Of a DNA stretch of 64,000 bases, positions 36,530 through 46,262 are shown in pieces (positions within the stretch are counted from its first letter, which is position 1; the number at the start of each line of letters is the position of its first letter). A model generated the notes under the pieces. The model saw only the letters and a program-made list of their open reading frames with translations. It made no database searches and had not been told where the DNA came from. Both the position numbers and the translations under genes were made by a program. Source of the stretch: a virus; the IMG/VR virus record IMGVR_UViG_3300033182_000489, positions 3,945 through 67,944 of that record. One strand, written 5' to 3'.

Positions 36530-36930
36530 TCCGCAGCCTCCAGCGCAGCCACAAGAGCGGCGGCTTCGGTGTGGTCAGATTGCAAGGACGTGCCCACAAC
36601 TCGCCAGCCATGCACGCCGCCCTCAGTCAGCAGAGGCTGGCAGGTCAGCCAGTCGCAACCCCATGCCTCCCGCACCAGCCCGAGCAGGCAGCCCAGCGTC
36701 GCGCCGTCGTCCAGGTCGGGCAGGTCTGCCTCCCAATCATCCGTCATCTCGTCCAGGCGCAAGCCGGTATCCAAAGACAGCATCCCAGGCTCCCAGCGCC
36801 AGTGTCGGCAGGCGACGGCTCGTTTTGCAAGTTCATTCATCACTCGGTCATCTCGGTCACAAGTACACTCCTGCTCCAAAGGGCCGGAGTCATAGCCCGC
36901 GTCACAGCGAGCGCATTTGTACCACTTCAT
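36526..36930 (-). CDS. PD..D.ATLG.LL-family hypothetical protein, paralog 2
   Basis: ELAKRAVACRHWRWEPGML..PDLDDGATLGCLLGLVREAW..ALVAALEAAE. Confidence 0.75.
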   Translation of the reverse strand: MKWYKCARCDAGYDSGPLEQECTCDRDDRVMNELAKRAVACRHWRWEPGMLSLDTGLRLDEMTDDWEADLPDLDDGATLGCLLGLVREAWGCDWLTCQPLLTEGGVHGWRVVGTSLQSDHTEAAALVAALEAAE

Positions 36931-37094
36931 TCTTCCTCTGCTTCCACGGGTTCCGCGCCGGTCCCCTTGCAGGTCTTCGCCATGTAGGGTTCGCGGTTGC
37001 GGGTCATTATTGAGTGTCCTGCGATGACGCCGTGCCGCGTCAACGGCAGTCGCGCCCCGCAGGCGGGACATGTTCCTTTCTTATTCTTGCTCAT
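36927..37094 (-). CDS. Small Zn-ribbon protein
   Basis: CPACG..GH..CKGTG. Confidence 0.55.
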   Translation of the reverse strand: MSKNKKGTCPACGARLPLTRHGVIAGHSIMTRNREPYMAKTCKGTGAEPVEAEEE

Positions 37095-37447
37095 GGCGCA
37101 GCCTCCAGTGCGGCGACGAGCACCGCAGCGTAACTCTCGTGTCGAGTCTGCCGCTTGCGGGACGGCGGGTCGATGACCCACGCCCCAAGCGCCTCGCCGT
37201 CCAGGCAGGTCGGAAGCCACGCTGGATCGAGCCGTGCGAGCCGCACCAGCGCGAGCAGACAGCCCAGCGTGGCGGGGTCTTCGAGGTCGGGGGTTGCCCC
37301 CGCTGGGACAACCGTATGCCCGCCCTGAGTCCGCCACACACGGTCGCAGGCTACAGAATCTCCATCCTCATCGACCACCAAAGGCAGCATCCCCGGCATC
37401 CACCGCCAGCCTGGACAGGCTACGGCGCGTTTTGCAAGTTCAGTCAT
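37091..37447 (-). CDS. PD..D.ATLG.LL-family hypothetical protein, paralog 3
   Basis: ELAKRAVACPGWRWMPGML..PDLEDPATLGCLLALVR..VLVAALEAAP. Confidence 0.75.
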   Translation of the reverse strand: MTELAKRAVACPGWRWMPGMLPLVVDEDGDSVACDRVWRTQGGHTVVPAGATPDLEDPATLGCLLALVRLARLDPAWLPTCLDGEALGAWVIDPPSRKRQTRHESYAAVLVAALEAAP

Positions 37448-37628
37448 CTTGCTTCTCCTCACACCGCTCGGCCAACCACCGAATCCCCTTGCGGAGTCGG
37501 ACACGCTCGTCGGGAGTCATCTTGAGAGGGATGCACCGACACCCGGCGTTGGTGTGCATCCCGACCGGAACACCGGGGACAAGCAGCACACAACCGCCGT
37601 CCCCGCAGGCATAGGGGTTCTGCTTCAA
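37440..37628 (-). CDS. Small Cys-rich hypothetical protein
   Basis: CGDGGC..GMHTNAGCRC. Confidence 0.6.
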   Translation of the reverse strand: MKQNPYACGDGGCVLLVPGVPVGMHTNAGCRCIPLKMTPDERVRLRKGIRWLAERCEEKQDD

Positions 37629-38286
37629 GGCTTCTTCTCCAGAAGGGTGGTTACCGTCTGCCGAAGGTCACGAACCGCCTGTCGGAACCGATGGTTGGAG
37701 TCCGAAACGACCTCCAACTCGCCTTCCGTGTAGGTCGTGGCCCCGCTCGCCGGGTACAGGGTCATCTTGACCCCTGCCATCGGGTGCCCGTCGGGGACGA
37801 TGACGGTCATGGTGTCTGAGGGGTTCACTTCTTCTCCGTCTGCCACAAGGCATCCGTCACCGCAGACTGGATCGCCTGCTTCACCGTGGGCGACTCGCGG
37901 GTCCACGACGACATCGCGTTCTTCACGGCCTCGTTGATGGCCGCGTCGAGGTGACTCACGCTTTCCAGTCTCGTGCTCATGTGTGCTCCTGTTTGCAGGT
38001 TCCGCAGACGAGGTACACGGGTTCAGGCTTCATGGTTCCTTCCTTCGGTCGGACTCCTTGAGCCGAGCGTGGCCTGTCATGATCGGCCACCCATGCGTCG
38101 GGTGATTGCAGTCGTATTGGACCCACAGTCGGGTCTTCCCCTCTGGAAGATCCCCCGACCACTCAATCCGATCACCGGGGTTCAACACCACCTTCTCGAT
38201 GCGGAGAAACAAGTCCCCCGCCTTCCCGTGAGGATGGTCGAGGGGCTCGTAGGTGACCTGCTCCCCGTTCGCATACAGAAGAACGG

Positions 38287-38628
38287 TCACGCCGCACCTC
38301 CCAGCGTCCAGTCCTTCGGAGACACGCAGCCGACGTACAGACAGCCGTAGGACTTGTCGGAACTCACCGCGCCCCCGAACAGGTAGGCGTAGACGGCAAC
38401 AGAACCGTCGCCTTGCCACAGGTAGTAGAGGCGGTGCTCCAGCCTCAACGGGTGCATCGTCCCCCAAGGCTGGAGGTCGGGCACCGCGAACGTCGGCTTC
38501 GACTCGCGGAAGAACAGACACTCGGGCTTGAGGACCGGGCGGTTGCTCGCCATCCAGAGATCCCGCACCGCTTCGGGCAGAGCCTCGTTGGGCACCCGGT
38601 ACTTCGGGTCAGGCACTTGGGGTTTCAT
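38287..38628 (-). CDS. Hypothetical protein
   Basis: Operon ORF, coding-like. Confidence 0.55.
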   Translation of the reverse strand: MKPQVPDPKYRVPNEALPEAVRDLWMASNRPVLKPECLFFRESKPTFAVPDLQPWGTMHPLRLEHRLYYLWQGDGSVAVYAYLFGGAVSSDKSYGCLYVGCVSPKDWTLGGAA

Positions 38629-38767
38629 CGTTCACTCCCGATGAATGGAGTCGTGGATAGGGTCACCCGCCCGGTAGGACAGGTAGACGAGGACGAGGGC
38701 GAGCCCCATGCCCCCCGACGCGACGAGGGGGAGTAGGGCGAGTTTCTTGAGGCGGCGACACACCGCC

Positions 38768-40171
38768 CTACTCGATGGTGAGGGTGAGAGTGCCCGTGAA
38801 CCCAGCCGCCTTGAGCGCGGCCTTGACCTGCTCCAGCGTGGCGAGAGGGTTGGAGGGGACGTTCCCGGACGGCTGCTCGGCAGCGAGGGCGTCGAAGGCA
38901 TCCGCGATGTCAGCCCGCAGTTGGTCGCCCAGGGCCTTGACCCGGCTCCCGATGTCGCTGTCGGGAGCCTGATCCGACCGAAATGCGACCCGCTCCTCCA
39001 GAGCCTTGATTCCAGCCGCCATCTGGCCGTTGGCTCGGTTGATGTGGGACTCCACCTCAGCCCGAATCTCCTTCTTGAAGGTCGAGAGGTCTTCCATGAT
39101 CTCCAGGATGGCCGCCGTGTTGCTGTCCACCGCACCGTCGTGGGGCGTGGCCACCAGAGGCGTGGCCGTCGTCGTCTCGGTCCCCAGGTTCAAGTACCAC
39201 TCCACGGCGTAGGACAGCCGGGTGTCGGACCCCTTGTCGGTGATCTGCTTGTAGACCTCGTAGAGGCTCGTCTTTCGGACCTTGTGGCCTTCGGGCAGGA
39301 CCAGGTAGACGAACATCGCGAACGCGAGGGGCTTACCGCTCACGAGGGGCTTCAAGGCCCGGACCAGATCGCGCTGGATGGGAGCGCCCTTCTCGGCGCG
39401 GGACTTCCACGCGGAGACGAACTTGTCCTGCTGTCGGTCGGTGAGGTCGGTCGTGATCATGCGCTGGGCGCGCTCCCACGCCTTGTTCAACTTCGCAGGG
39501 GTGTAGACCTTGCACCAGTTTTCGGTGGCCTTCACGGTCTCCCAGGGGACAGACTGAGTGGGGTATTCGGGCATGGGCGTGGCCTCCTGGGTCACGGGAG
39601 CCTCCTGGGTCACGGGAGCCTCCTGCTGGAGAGGTGTGGGTTCCGGGGTTGTGGGTGTAGGCTCCTGGGTCACGGGAGCCGCAAAGGAAGGTGCGGCGAA
39701 CAACTCGCCGACAACGCTTGCGACCAGTGCTTTGGAGTCCGCCGCCATGGACGGGAACTGGTCGTAGAGGGTTTGGGTGAGATGGCGCGCGACGTCCCCT
39801 CGACGGTCGCTGGGCCGGGCCTCCATGAGGGCTTTCCCCCACTCCAGCATCTCGCGCCGAACGTCGCCGACCGAGATGGCAGCGGTGGGCACAGCCTTGG
39901 GCTGAGGCGCACTCTGGGCCTCGATCTTCGCCAGTTCGCGGCGCATCCCTGATAGGCCGTCCTCGTAGATCACGGGTCGCCCCGTCTCCTTGTGCCAGTG
40001 CTTGTAGGAGTCCGTGTGGCGCATGGAGGCTATGCGGACAATCAACACGTCGTAGGACGGGGGGATCTTGGAGGGGTGACCCCCCAGGCAATAGACCTCG
40101 TGCCCATCCTTCGTAAGTTGGCGTAGGTGGGTCTTGCAGTGCTTCTGGGCAGAGACGATTCCGATCTTCAT
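38768..40171 (-). CDS. Multidomain hypothetical protein (DUF2325-like N-terminus, APVTQE repeats, coiled coil)
   Basis: KIP..DVLIV....H..GRPVIY..GLS; 18-bp tandem repeats near 39582-39625. Confidence 0.7.
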   Translation of the reverse strand: MKIGIVSAQKHCKTHLRQLTKDGHEVYCLGGHPSKIPPSYDVLIVRIASMRHTDSYKHWHKETGRPVIYEDGLSGMRRELAKIEAQSAPQPKAVPTAAISVGDVRREMLEWGKALMEARPSDRRGDVARHLTQTLYDQFPSMAADSKALVASVVGELFAAPSFAAPVTQEPTPTTPEPTPLQQEAPVTQEAPVTQEATPMPEYPTQSVPWETVKATENWCKVYTPAKLNKAWERAQRMITTDLTDRQQDKFVSAWKSRAEKGAPIQRDLVRALKPLVSGKPLAFAMFVYLVLPEGHKVRKTSLYEVYKQITDKGSDTRLSYAVEWYLNLGTETTTATPLVATPHDGAVDSNTAAILEIMEDLSTFKKEIRAEVESHINRANGQMAAGIKALEERVAFRSDQAPDSDIGSRVKALGDQLRADIADAFDALAAEQPSGNVPSNPLATLEQVKAALKAAGFTGTLTLTIE

Positions 40172-40267
40172 GGGGCAGTACCGGTTGGAGGATCACCCGC
40201 TCTCCTTTGGCGGGGTATCCGGTACTACCGATTCGGGCGGCGTTTTAGCCCCCCTCGGAAAAGTCCT

Positions 40268-41338
40268 TCAATCTCGGTGCTTTGGGTCCAGCCCCACTCG
40301 CTCCGCGATGGCGTGGAACAGGTCGTTGTGGGGCGGTCCGCCTCCACCGTTGGCCACCGCGATGTGGACGCACTCGTGGAGGACCACCTGCCGCAGGTAC
40401 CTCTTGTTCTTCGCCGCTGCGGGGTCAATCGAGGTCACCGTGTAGGGGCGACGGTCCGTGGGCGGCTCAGTGAGTCCGATGGTGTTGGGCTTCAACCGCA
40501 CCGACGAGAAGCCGATGGAGACGGACCCCTTCCTCAGATCAGGGGCGGTGCCTGTGATTTCTCGCCGGGCCTCCAGACACTCGTTGAGGCACTCGTTCAA
40601 CAGAGGGACCAGCACTTGAGCCGTCGCCAGGGCCCGTGCCTTGACCCCGCGAGCCGCCTGAGCCCATGGCCAGTCGTATCGCTCGGTCATGGCTTCGGCG
40701 ATGGTGTAGGTCCAGTAGAAGACCCTCGTCCAGTGATCCTCGACGGGGTTCACGATTGGTTGCAGGCCCTCTCGGATCGGAGCGACCGTCGTGCCCACCG
40801 TCCAGAAGTTGTTGTGCTGGTAGGCGATGCAGCGGACCTGCGTGAAGTCGCCCTTCATGGGCTCCGGCACCGCGAAGTCCCAACCCCACGGGTGCGGGGT
40901 CGCGATGGCCGCTGGGGTCACCGATGCCATCGCAAAGGCCATGGCTTCCAGCCCGTCGGTCTCGGTATGCCAGTAGTCGCGCTGCTGGCTCCAGTGGGAC
41001 AGACCCTCTCGGACAGCCGCCGAGGTTGCGGTCGGAGGCTGGATGTCCTCCACCATCGAGCGGTCCACATAGAAATCCTTGACCGGGCCGACGTACTCCT
41101 TGCCTGCGACCTTGACCTTGTAGGCCACGATCTGTCCGAACCGGGTGATGACCCCGAGGATCACAGCCTTCTTGTCGCGGTGATCCCGCAGTCCTCCGTC
41201 GGCGATGCTGGACACCTCAACGGCCTTGCCGACCATCTCGTGGTCGTAGGCCACGTCCGCGCCGAAGTCAGCCTCCAGCGGGAGATCACGCCCTCCGATA
41301 GACAGCGAGGCGGCCTGTTTGGTTAGACGGTTCCTCAC
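40268..41338 (-). CDS. SprT-like zinc metalloprotease-domain protein
   Basis: VVLHECVH..PHNDLF. Confidence 0.75.
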   Translation of the reverse strand: MRNRLTKQAASLSIGGRDLPLEADFGADVAYDHEMVGKAVEVSSIADGGLRDHRDKKAVILGVITRFGQIVAYKVKVAGKEYVGPVKDFYVDRSMVEDIQPPTATSAAVREGLSHWSQQRDYWHTETDGLEAMAFAMASVTPAAIATPHPWGWDFAVPEPMKGDFTQVRCIAYQHNNFWTVGTTVAPIREGLQPIVNPVEDHWTRVFYWTYTIAEAMTERYDWPWAQAARGVKARALATAQVLVPLLNECLNECLEARREITGTAPDLRKGSVSIGFSSVRLKPNTIGLTEPPTDRRPYTVTSIDPAAAKNKRYLRQVVLHECVHIAVANGGGGPPHNDLFHAIAERVGLDPKHRD

Positions 41339-41667
41339 GGCGCGACCCCCAGAATGTTGAGGTTGGTGTCCTTGAACGCCTTGCGGAGCGCGTCCTTGTA
41401 GACGTCGAGGATGGGCTCCACCTTCGTCCCGATGACGTCCCCGTACTGTGGCTCCAGAGAAACGATCTCCGTGCTCCGGTCTGGGAACACCTGGACCTCG
41501 CCTTCCAGCCACAGGGGCTTCTTCTGCTCCGTCATCACACTCTCAAACGTCACCTTGACCCGGATGCGGATCAAGGGGAAGGCCGGTGCCTCGGACCACT
41601 GAGGCTGGCGGTCCACCACGTCGATCACCGTCCGCACGGGGAGGACTTTGGTGTAGATGCGTGGCAT
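41335..41667 (-). CDS. Hypothetical protein
   Basis: GGAG RBS, class B motif upstream. Confidence 0.6.
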   Translation of the reverse strand: MPRIYTKVLPVRTVIDVVDRQPQWSEAPAFPLIRIRVKVTFESVMTEQKKPLWLEGEVQVFPDRSTEIVSLEPQYGDVIGTKVEPILDVYKDALRKAFKDTNLNILGVAP

Positions 41668-41720
41668 CACATGGCTCCGGGACAGGGTACGAGCATGGAG
41701 GTCTCCACCCCTCTGCCCGT

Positions 41721-41734
41721 ATAGCCCCGCTACC
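41721..41734 (-). promoter_or_regulatory. Class B motif
   Basis: GGTAG CGGGG CTAT. Confidence 0.6.
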
Positions 41735-41735
41735 G

Positions 41736-42251
41736 TCAATCCCGGTAGACGACCTCACCCGTGTCGGCCAGCCAGTTGGGCGGGTAGGCGTTCGTCCAGG
41801 TTGGGCCTTCCGCCGCCTCACACTCGTCGCGGACGACGTTCTGGTAGGCGTTGAAGGCATCGAAGTGGCGGTAGCACTCAGCGGCTTCCGACCATGGCCA
41901 GTCCATCGGGAGCATGGGCACATCATCATGGAGCCTGTGACCCAGATTCCCCGCCATGAAGATGCCCGAAGCCGTCTTGGGCATCGCCCCGAAGCGGCGG
42001 TCGTACTCCTCCACGAGGGCCATGCCGTAAAACACGACCCACATGAAGTTGTCCCAGTCCTTCGCGGCCCAGGTAGCCAGACGGCCACCAGCCCCGTCAC
42101 CGAGGATGCGGTCGCGGATGCCGTGCAGGGCAAGGCTCGCCGCGAGCACCTCCCTGGTGCTCTCCAACTGAGAGGACAGGTGCTGGTCGCAGAGTGCCGC
42201 AGCGCACTGGCTGGGGTCTTCGTCGATGATGAAGATGCTTGGAGTAGTCAT
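41736..42251 (-). CDS. Pyrimidine-dimer DNA glycosylase-like protein (divergent)
   Basis: IFIIDEDPSQCAAALCDQH..W..NFMW..EYDRRFG..AY..WT..PPNW. Confidence 0.6.
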   Translation of the reverse strand: MTTPSIFIIDEDPSQCAAALCDQHLSSQLESTREVLAASLALHGIRDRILGDGAGGRLATWAAKDWDNFMWVVFYGMALVEEYDRRFGAMPKTASGIFMAGNLGHRLHDDVPMLPMDWPWSEAAECYRHFDAFNAYQNVVRDECEAAEGPTWTNAYPPNWLADTGEVVYRD

Positions 42252-42255
42252 TGGG

Positions 42256-42645
42256 TCACCTCGTCGGCTTCTTACCGGAAACGGGGTCGGTCTGAGCCCC
42301 CTGTGACCGCACCCGGATGGCGCGTTTGTTGTAGATGGTGTGCGACATCCCCGTCCCCGCTTCGGGGGCCTTGCCGTTCTTGACGACGTGGGGGCAGGAG
42401 AGGCACTTGTCCATCGACATCCCGTCCCGCAGACCGCAGACCTGCTCCCAGGTGCGGACCCGCTGGTAGACGAGATCACTCAGCACGCCCCGGAAGGCTT
42501 CGGCGATAGGCACGCCCGGCGGGAGCGGGTCGATCAGTTCTTCCTGATAGGCGCTGACCTCGATGGGTGGCCAGATGCCCCTGTGGGCGCACTCGTAGAC
42601 GTCCCCTTCGCTGTGTACTGGTTCCAGGGGCTTACGCCTTCCCAT
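42256..42645 (-). CDS. Cys-containing hypothetical protein
   Basis: GGAG RBS; CLSCPH. Confidence 0.6.
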   Translation of the reverse strand: MGRRKPLEPVHSEGDVYECAHRGIWPPIEVSAYQEELIDPLPPGVPIAEAFRGVLSDLVYQRVRTWEQVCGLRDGMSMDKCLSCPHVVKNGKAPEAGTGMSHTIYNKRAIRVRSQGAQTDPVSGKKPTR

Positions 42646-42895
42646 GTGCTCTCCGTTGGGCCGCTGCTCGTTTCTCAAGCCGGGCCAGTGAGTCCCTCAA
42701 CCCTACCCGGAGTTCATCCAGATCGTCCGACTGGTCGAGGCTCTCCAGCGTCTCGCGGATGGTCTTGATCCGGGCGGCTCGGAGGGTGCCGGAGGGCATG
42801 ACTTCCTTCGACTCGGCCTCTTGAACCCACAGGAGCAACGTCGTGACGGTGTTCGTCAAGTGGGTCAGGTGTCTGAGGAGGTCGTCGTTGTCCAT
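42632..42895 (-). CDS. Small helical hypothetical protein
   Basis: Follows the polymerase directly. Confidence 0.6.
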   Translation of the reverse strand: MDNDDLLRHLTHLTNTVTTLLLWVQEAESKEVMPSGTLRAARIKTIRETLESLDQSDDLDELRVGLRDSLARLEKRAAAQRRAHGKA

Positions 42896-42896
42896 G

Positions 42897-45632
42897 TCAC
42901 AGGCCCTCGTAGTCGGCGATCACGCGGAACTCCTCGTAGGCCACTCGGACCGGGTGGCCCAGCAAGTCGTTCCCCTTGGTGTCGCGTACATACAAGGTAT
43001 CGGTGCCCTTGCCCTCGCAGCGGAGGATCACGCGAGCCAACTTGTCTGCCCCATGGGCCGTCAAGGACCGCACACGGTAGACGTAGGACGTCCCCTCCTT
43101 CTCCGGGGCGGGCTTCGGGGCCGGGGCACTGGGTGCTGCCACAGCAGGGTGCGAGGTGCCGTTGACGGGCTTCTCCTCCGGTGCTTCCGGCGCTTCCGCT
43201 GCCGCCTCCCCCCTCCCTCCGCAGGACAGGTAGTGGGCGTAGTGCTGGGGGAACACCCGCTTCCAGCGGTCGGTCCACTCACCGCCGCCCTGGTTCCAGG
43301 TCATCTCGGTCAGGTTGAAGGGCACGGTCCAGTTGTCGCCGAACTCGACGTCCACCTTGAGCGGGACGAGCCACTGGAGACCCCGGATGGTGTCGTTCAC
43401 CATGATCTCCTCGATGACCTCGACGGCCTCGCCCGCCAGAGCCTCCTCGATCTCAAACACCAACTCGTCGTGGATGGTGATGTTCATCAGCACCCGGTCG
43501 AGCCAGTCGCGCCGCTTGAACTCCTTGTACAACTTCGCCATGGCCAACTTCATGATGTCGGCGCTGGTGCCCTGGACGGGTCCGTTGACGCTGTTGCGCT
43601 CGGCTTTCGACCGGAAGCCGCCCATTTCGTGGTCGATGTCCGGCAGCGGGTACTTCCTCCCGTAGGCGGTCGTGACGTACTTCTGCGACCGTGCGGTCAG
43701 GTGCTGCTTCTTCCACCACTTCCGCAGCACCTTGTAGGTCTTGTCGTACTGGTTCTTGATGCGACAGCCTTCCTCGCGGTCCACGCCGACGGCTCGCTGG
43801 GCAGCGGAGCCACCCCCGCCGTAGGCCATGGCGAAGTTGAGGGCCTTGGCCTCCTGTCGGCGCTGCTTGAACTCACCCGTGCCCTTGATCTCGTCACCGA
43901 AGACGCCGAGGGCCGTGAGGCTGTGCAGGTCGCCGATCTTGTCGGACCCACACTGAGGACAGAAGGGAGGCGGGGCTGCGTCTCGTGGGAACGTGTGCTC
44001 GCAACTGGAGCACCGGAAGAACTCGTTGATCCACTTCGGCTCGCCGCTCAGGTTGGTGACGATCCGCAACTCGACACCGGAGTAGTCGATGGCGAACAGG
44101 ACGTGGCCCGGACGTGCCGTGACGACCTCTCGGATGCGTCGGACGCACTCGGGCTTCGACTTGTCGTAGGTCGCCGGGGTCATGTGGACGCCCCACCGCA
44201 CCTGTCCGTGGAAGCGGTCCTTGTGCTTGTCTCGTGGCGTCGGGGTCGAGAAACGGCCCGTGTCCACCTTCTGCCCGTTGAAGTTGGCCCACACACAGCC
44301 GTCGGGGCTGCGCTCGGGCGTCGTGTCCCACCAGATCGGGAACAGGAAGGTGCCCAGACCCTTGCTGACCTCACGGAACCGCTTGACCTTCGCCATGAAC
44401 GGGAACTGGTCGCCAGCCTCCGAGATCACGCGGTCCAACTCGTCCTTGCTCGTCTTGACCTGGCCGGATTTCTCGGTCACGGCGAGACCCTTGACCCCCA
44501 TCTCCCGCAGCATGATCCCGAGGTTGGCCGGGATGGTCACGTCGTACACCGCAGGGAACTCGACGCTCTCCTGCTTGCGGGGATCATCGAGCCGGGGGAC
44601 CGACCGCTCGACAGGCTCCAGAGTCTTGTCCTGTGACCCCACCATGGCCCGCTCACGGACCTCCATGTAGTTGGGCTCCAGGGTGTTGGGGTCGTACCCC
44701 GTCTGCATCTCCTTGACCCACGAGGGGCGCACGTCGCGCTCCAGCATGGCCGAGGCTTCGTCGTAGACCTCGTTGATGCAGCCCCACCACTCGTCCTGTC
44801 CGAGGCGGATCAGTCCCTCCAGACGGTCGCGGTCGATGTTGATGCGGCACTGCTCCATCCACATGGTGGCCCGGAGACACGCCTTCTCCAACTTGTAGAT
44901 GCCGGTCTGGTGCCTGCCGTGCTTGTCCTTCTCGGCGACCGAGGGGTGGAGGATGTGGTAGAGCGCCAGCGTGTTCACGGCATCCGCTGCCGCGTACCAG
45001 ACGACGGGTTCCCAGGTGGGGTCCAGCGTCGAGAAGTCGAGTTTCTTCGCCTTGATGGCCTCGGGTGGGAACAACTCCTCGATCTCGATCATCTCCCGGT
45101 CGAGTTCCTTCTTCGACAGGGGCTTCAAGCCCTTCGCCCGCTCACGGGTGTTCCGCAGGTAGGCGAGGATCATGGTGTCCTCCCAGGTCGTGTTGTCGTC
45201 CCAGTCCCCAGCCCGGCCAGCAGGCTCGTAGTCGAGGAACTTCTGGTCGAACTTCGCGTTGTGGAAGACGGCGCGGGCACCGCCTTCCTGGATGCGGTTG
45301 ACCAGAGCCACCACGAGCCGTGGTGGGACGTTGGCGCTTGCACCCTCCTCCCTGTGCCGCACGGGGATGTACCAACCCTTCTCCGTGCTGGGAGCGATGC
45401 AGTAGCCGACGATCTTGTCCACCGTCTCCTCGCGGCCAGACCCGCCCGCAAAGGCGCGCTGGTCCAGACCCGTTGTCTCCAGGTCCAGGCCGTAGACGCC
45501 TGCGTCGATGCACTCCTGTGCGATGGTGTCGAGGTCGTCAACCGTGGCGAGGCGTAGGTCCACGCCTTCCATCCACGCCTTCTTGGCGACCTTCGGACGG
45601 CTGATCTCTTTGAGGCTGTCCAGGATGTTCAT
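42897..45632 (-). CDS. polA: DNA polymerase family A with 3'-5' exonuclease
   Basis: DLETTGL, HNAKFD, YAAAD; TGRFS; motif A DYSGVELR; motif B RQEAKALNFAMAYG; VQGTSAD; motif C IHDEL. Confidence 0.95.
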   Translation of the reverse strand: MNILDSLKEISRPKVAKKAWMEGVDLRLATVDDLDTIAQECIDAGVYGLDLETTGLDQRAFAGGSGREETVDKIVGYCIAPSTEKGWYIPVRHREEGASANVPPRLVVALVNRIQEGGARAVFHNAKFDQKFLDYEPAGRAGDWDDNTTWEDTMILAYLRNTRERAKGLKPLSKKELDREMIEIEELFPPEAIKAKKLDFSTLDPTWEPVVWYAAADAVNTLALYHILHPSVAEKDKHGRHQTGIYKLEKACLRATMWMEQCRINIDRDRLEGLIRLGQDEWWGCINEVYDEASAMLERDVRPSWVKEMQTGYDPNTLEPNYMEVRERAMVGSQDKTLEPVERSVPRLDDPRKQESVEFPAVYDVTIPANLGIMLREMGVKGLAVTEKSGQVKTSKDELDRVISEAGDQFPFMAKVKRFREVSKGLGTFLFPIWWDTTPERSPDGCVWANFNGQKVDTGRFSTPTPRDKHKDRFHGQVRWGVHMTPATYDKSKPECVRRIREVVTARPGHVLFAIDYSGVELRIVTNLSGEPKWINEFFRCSSCEHTFPRDAAPPPFCPQCGSDKIGDLHSLTALGVFGDEIKGTGEFKQRRQEAKALNFAMAYGGGGSAAQRAVGVDREEGCRIKNQYDKTYKVLRKWWKKQHLTARSQKYVTTAYGRKYPLPDIDHEMGGFRSKAERNSVNGPVQGTSADIMKLAMAKLYKEFKRRDWLDRVLMNITIHDELVFEIEEALAGEAVEVIEEIMVNDTIRGLQWLVPLKVDVEFGDNWTVPFNLTEMTWNQGGGEWTDRWKRVFPQHYAHYLSCGGRGEAAAEAPEAPEEKPVNGTSHPAVAAPSAPAPKPAPEKEGTSYVYRVRSLTAHGADKLARVILRCEGKGTDTLYVRDTKGNDLLGHPVRVAYEEFRVIADYEGL

Positions 45633-45641
45633 GGGCTCTCC

Positions 45642-46262
45642 TTACAAGGCTGTACCCGACGCCTGTGGTGGAACCACCCCCAGGTATTCGCGCACGGTGC
45701 GGAGGACTTTGGCCGCAGCGGCCTTCGTCGAGGCTTCCGGGGCCTTCCCGTCACGATGCACGAGGCTCACCTTGTCGTGGGCCTCCCAGAAGGCGGCGCA
45801 TTTCTCCGGGGGGATGGACCGCTCCCGACAGCAGGAGTCGATGATCCGAGAGACCCGGTTGAGCACCTGCTCCGTCGTCTCGGTGGTGTGCTCCAGTGCC
45901 TCGTTGATCTTGTGGACCGCCTTGTCCTTGCGCGGCTCCTCGGGGCCTTCCCACGGCAGGGGGTCAAGCCCGTAGCGTGCCTCCAGCGCCTTCACCGCAG
46001 ACCAGAAGTCGATCCCCTCCTTCTCACGGACCAGGGTGATGGCGTCCCGGCTCCGTCCACAGGCGAAACAGTGGAAGGACGCCGAGTCGGGGTACACGCG
46101 CGCCGAGGGCTTCGTGTCGGCCCCGTCACCGTGGAGGTCACACGAGAACTGCTGCTCCCGGTCCTCTCCGTCTGGGTGGACGTGGTAGCCGTACTCGTAG
46201 AGCACGTCCACGATGGGCACCTCGGCTCGGATGCGGTCTGCCGCCGCCTTCGCCCTACCCAT
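45642..46262 (-). CDS. Primase-type CHC2 zinc-binding domain protein (no TOPRIM)
   Basis: CDLH..DTKPS..FHCFACG..DAITLV..EGIDFWSAV. Confidence 0.8.
   Translation of the reverse strand: MGRAKAAADRIRAEVPIVDVLYEYGYHVHPDGEDREQQFSCDLHGDGADTKPSARVYPDSASFHCFACGRSRDAITLVREKEGIDFWSAVKALEARYGLDPLPWEGPEEPRKDKAVHKINEALEHTTETTEQVLNRVSRIIDSCCRERSIPPEKCAAFWEAHDKVSLVHRDGKAPEASTKAAAAKVLRTVREYLGVVPPQASGTAL

Noticed and set aside
35511-37120. Repeats considered as a CRISPR array or integron attC sites
   Set aside because: Spacing is 370-640 bp, the repeats are coding and non-palindromic, and no cas or integrase gene is present
37692-37710. TGGTTGGAG partial match (also near 40182)
   Set aside because: Lacks CCGT at the 11-nt spacing and is antisense to local genes
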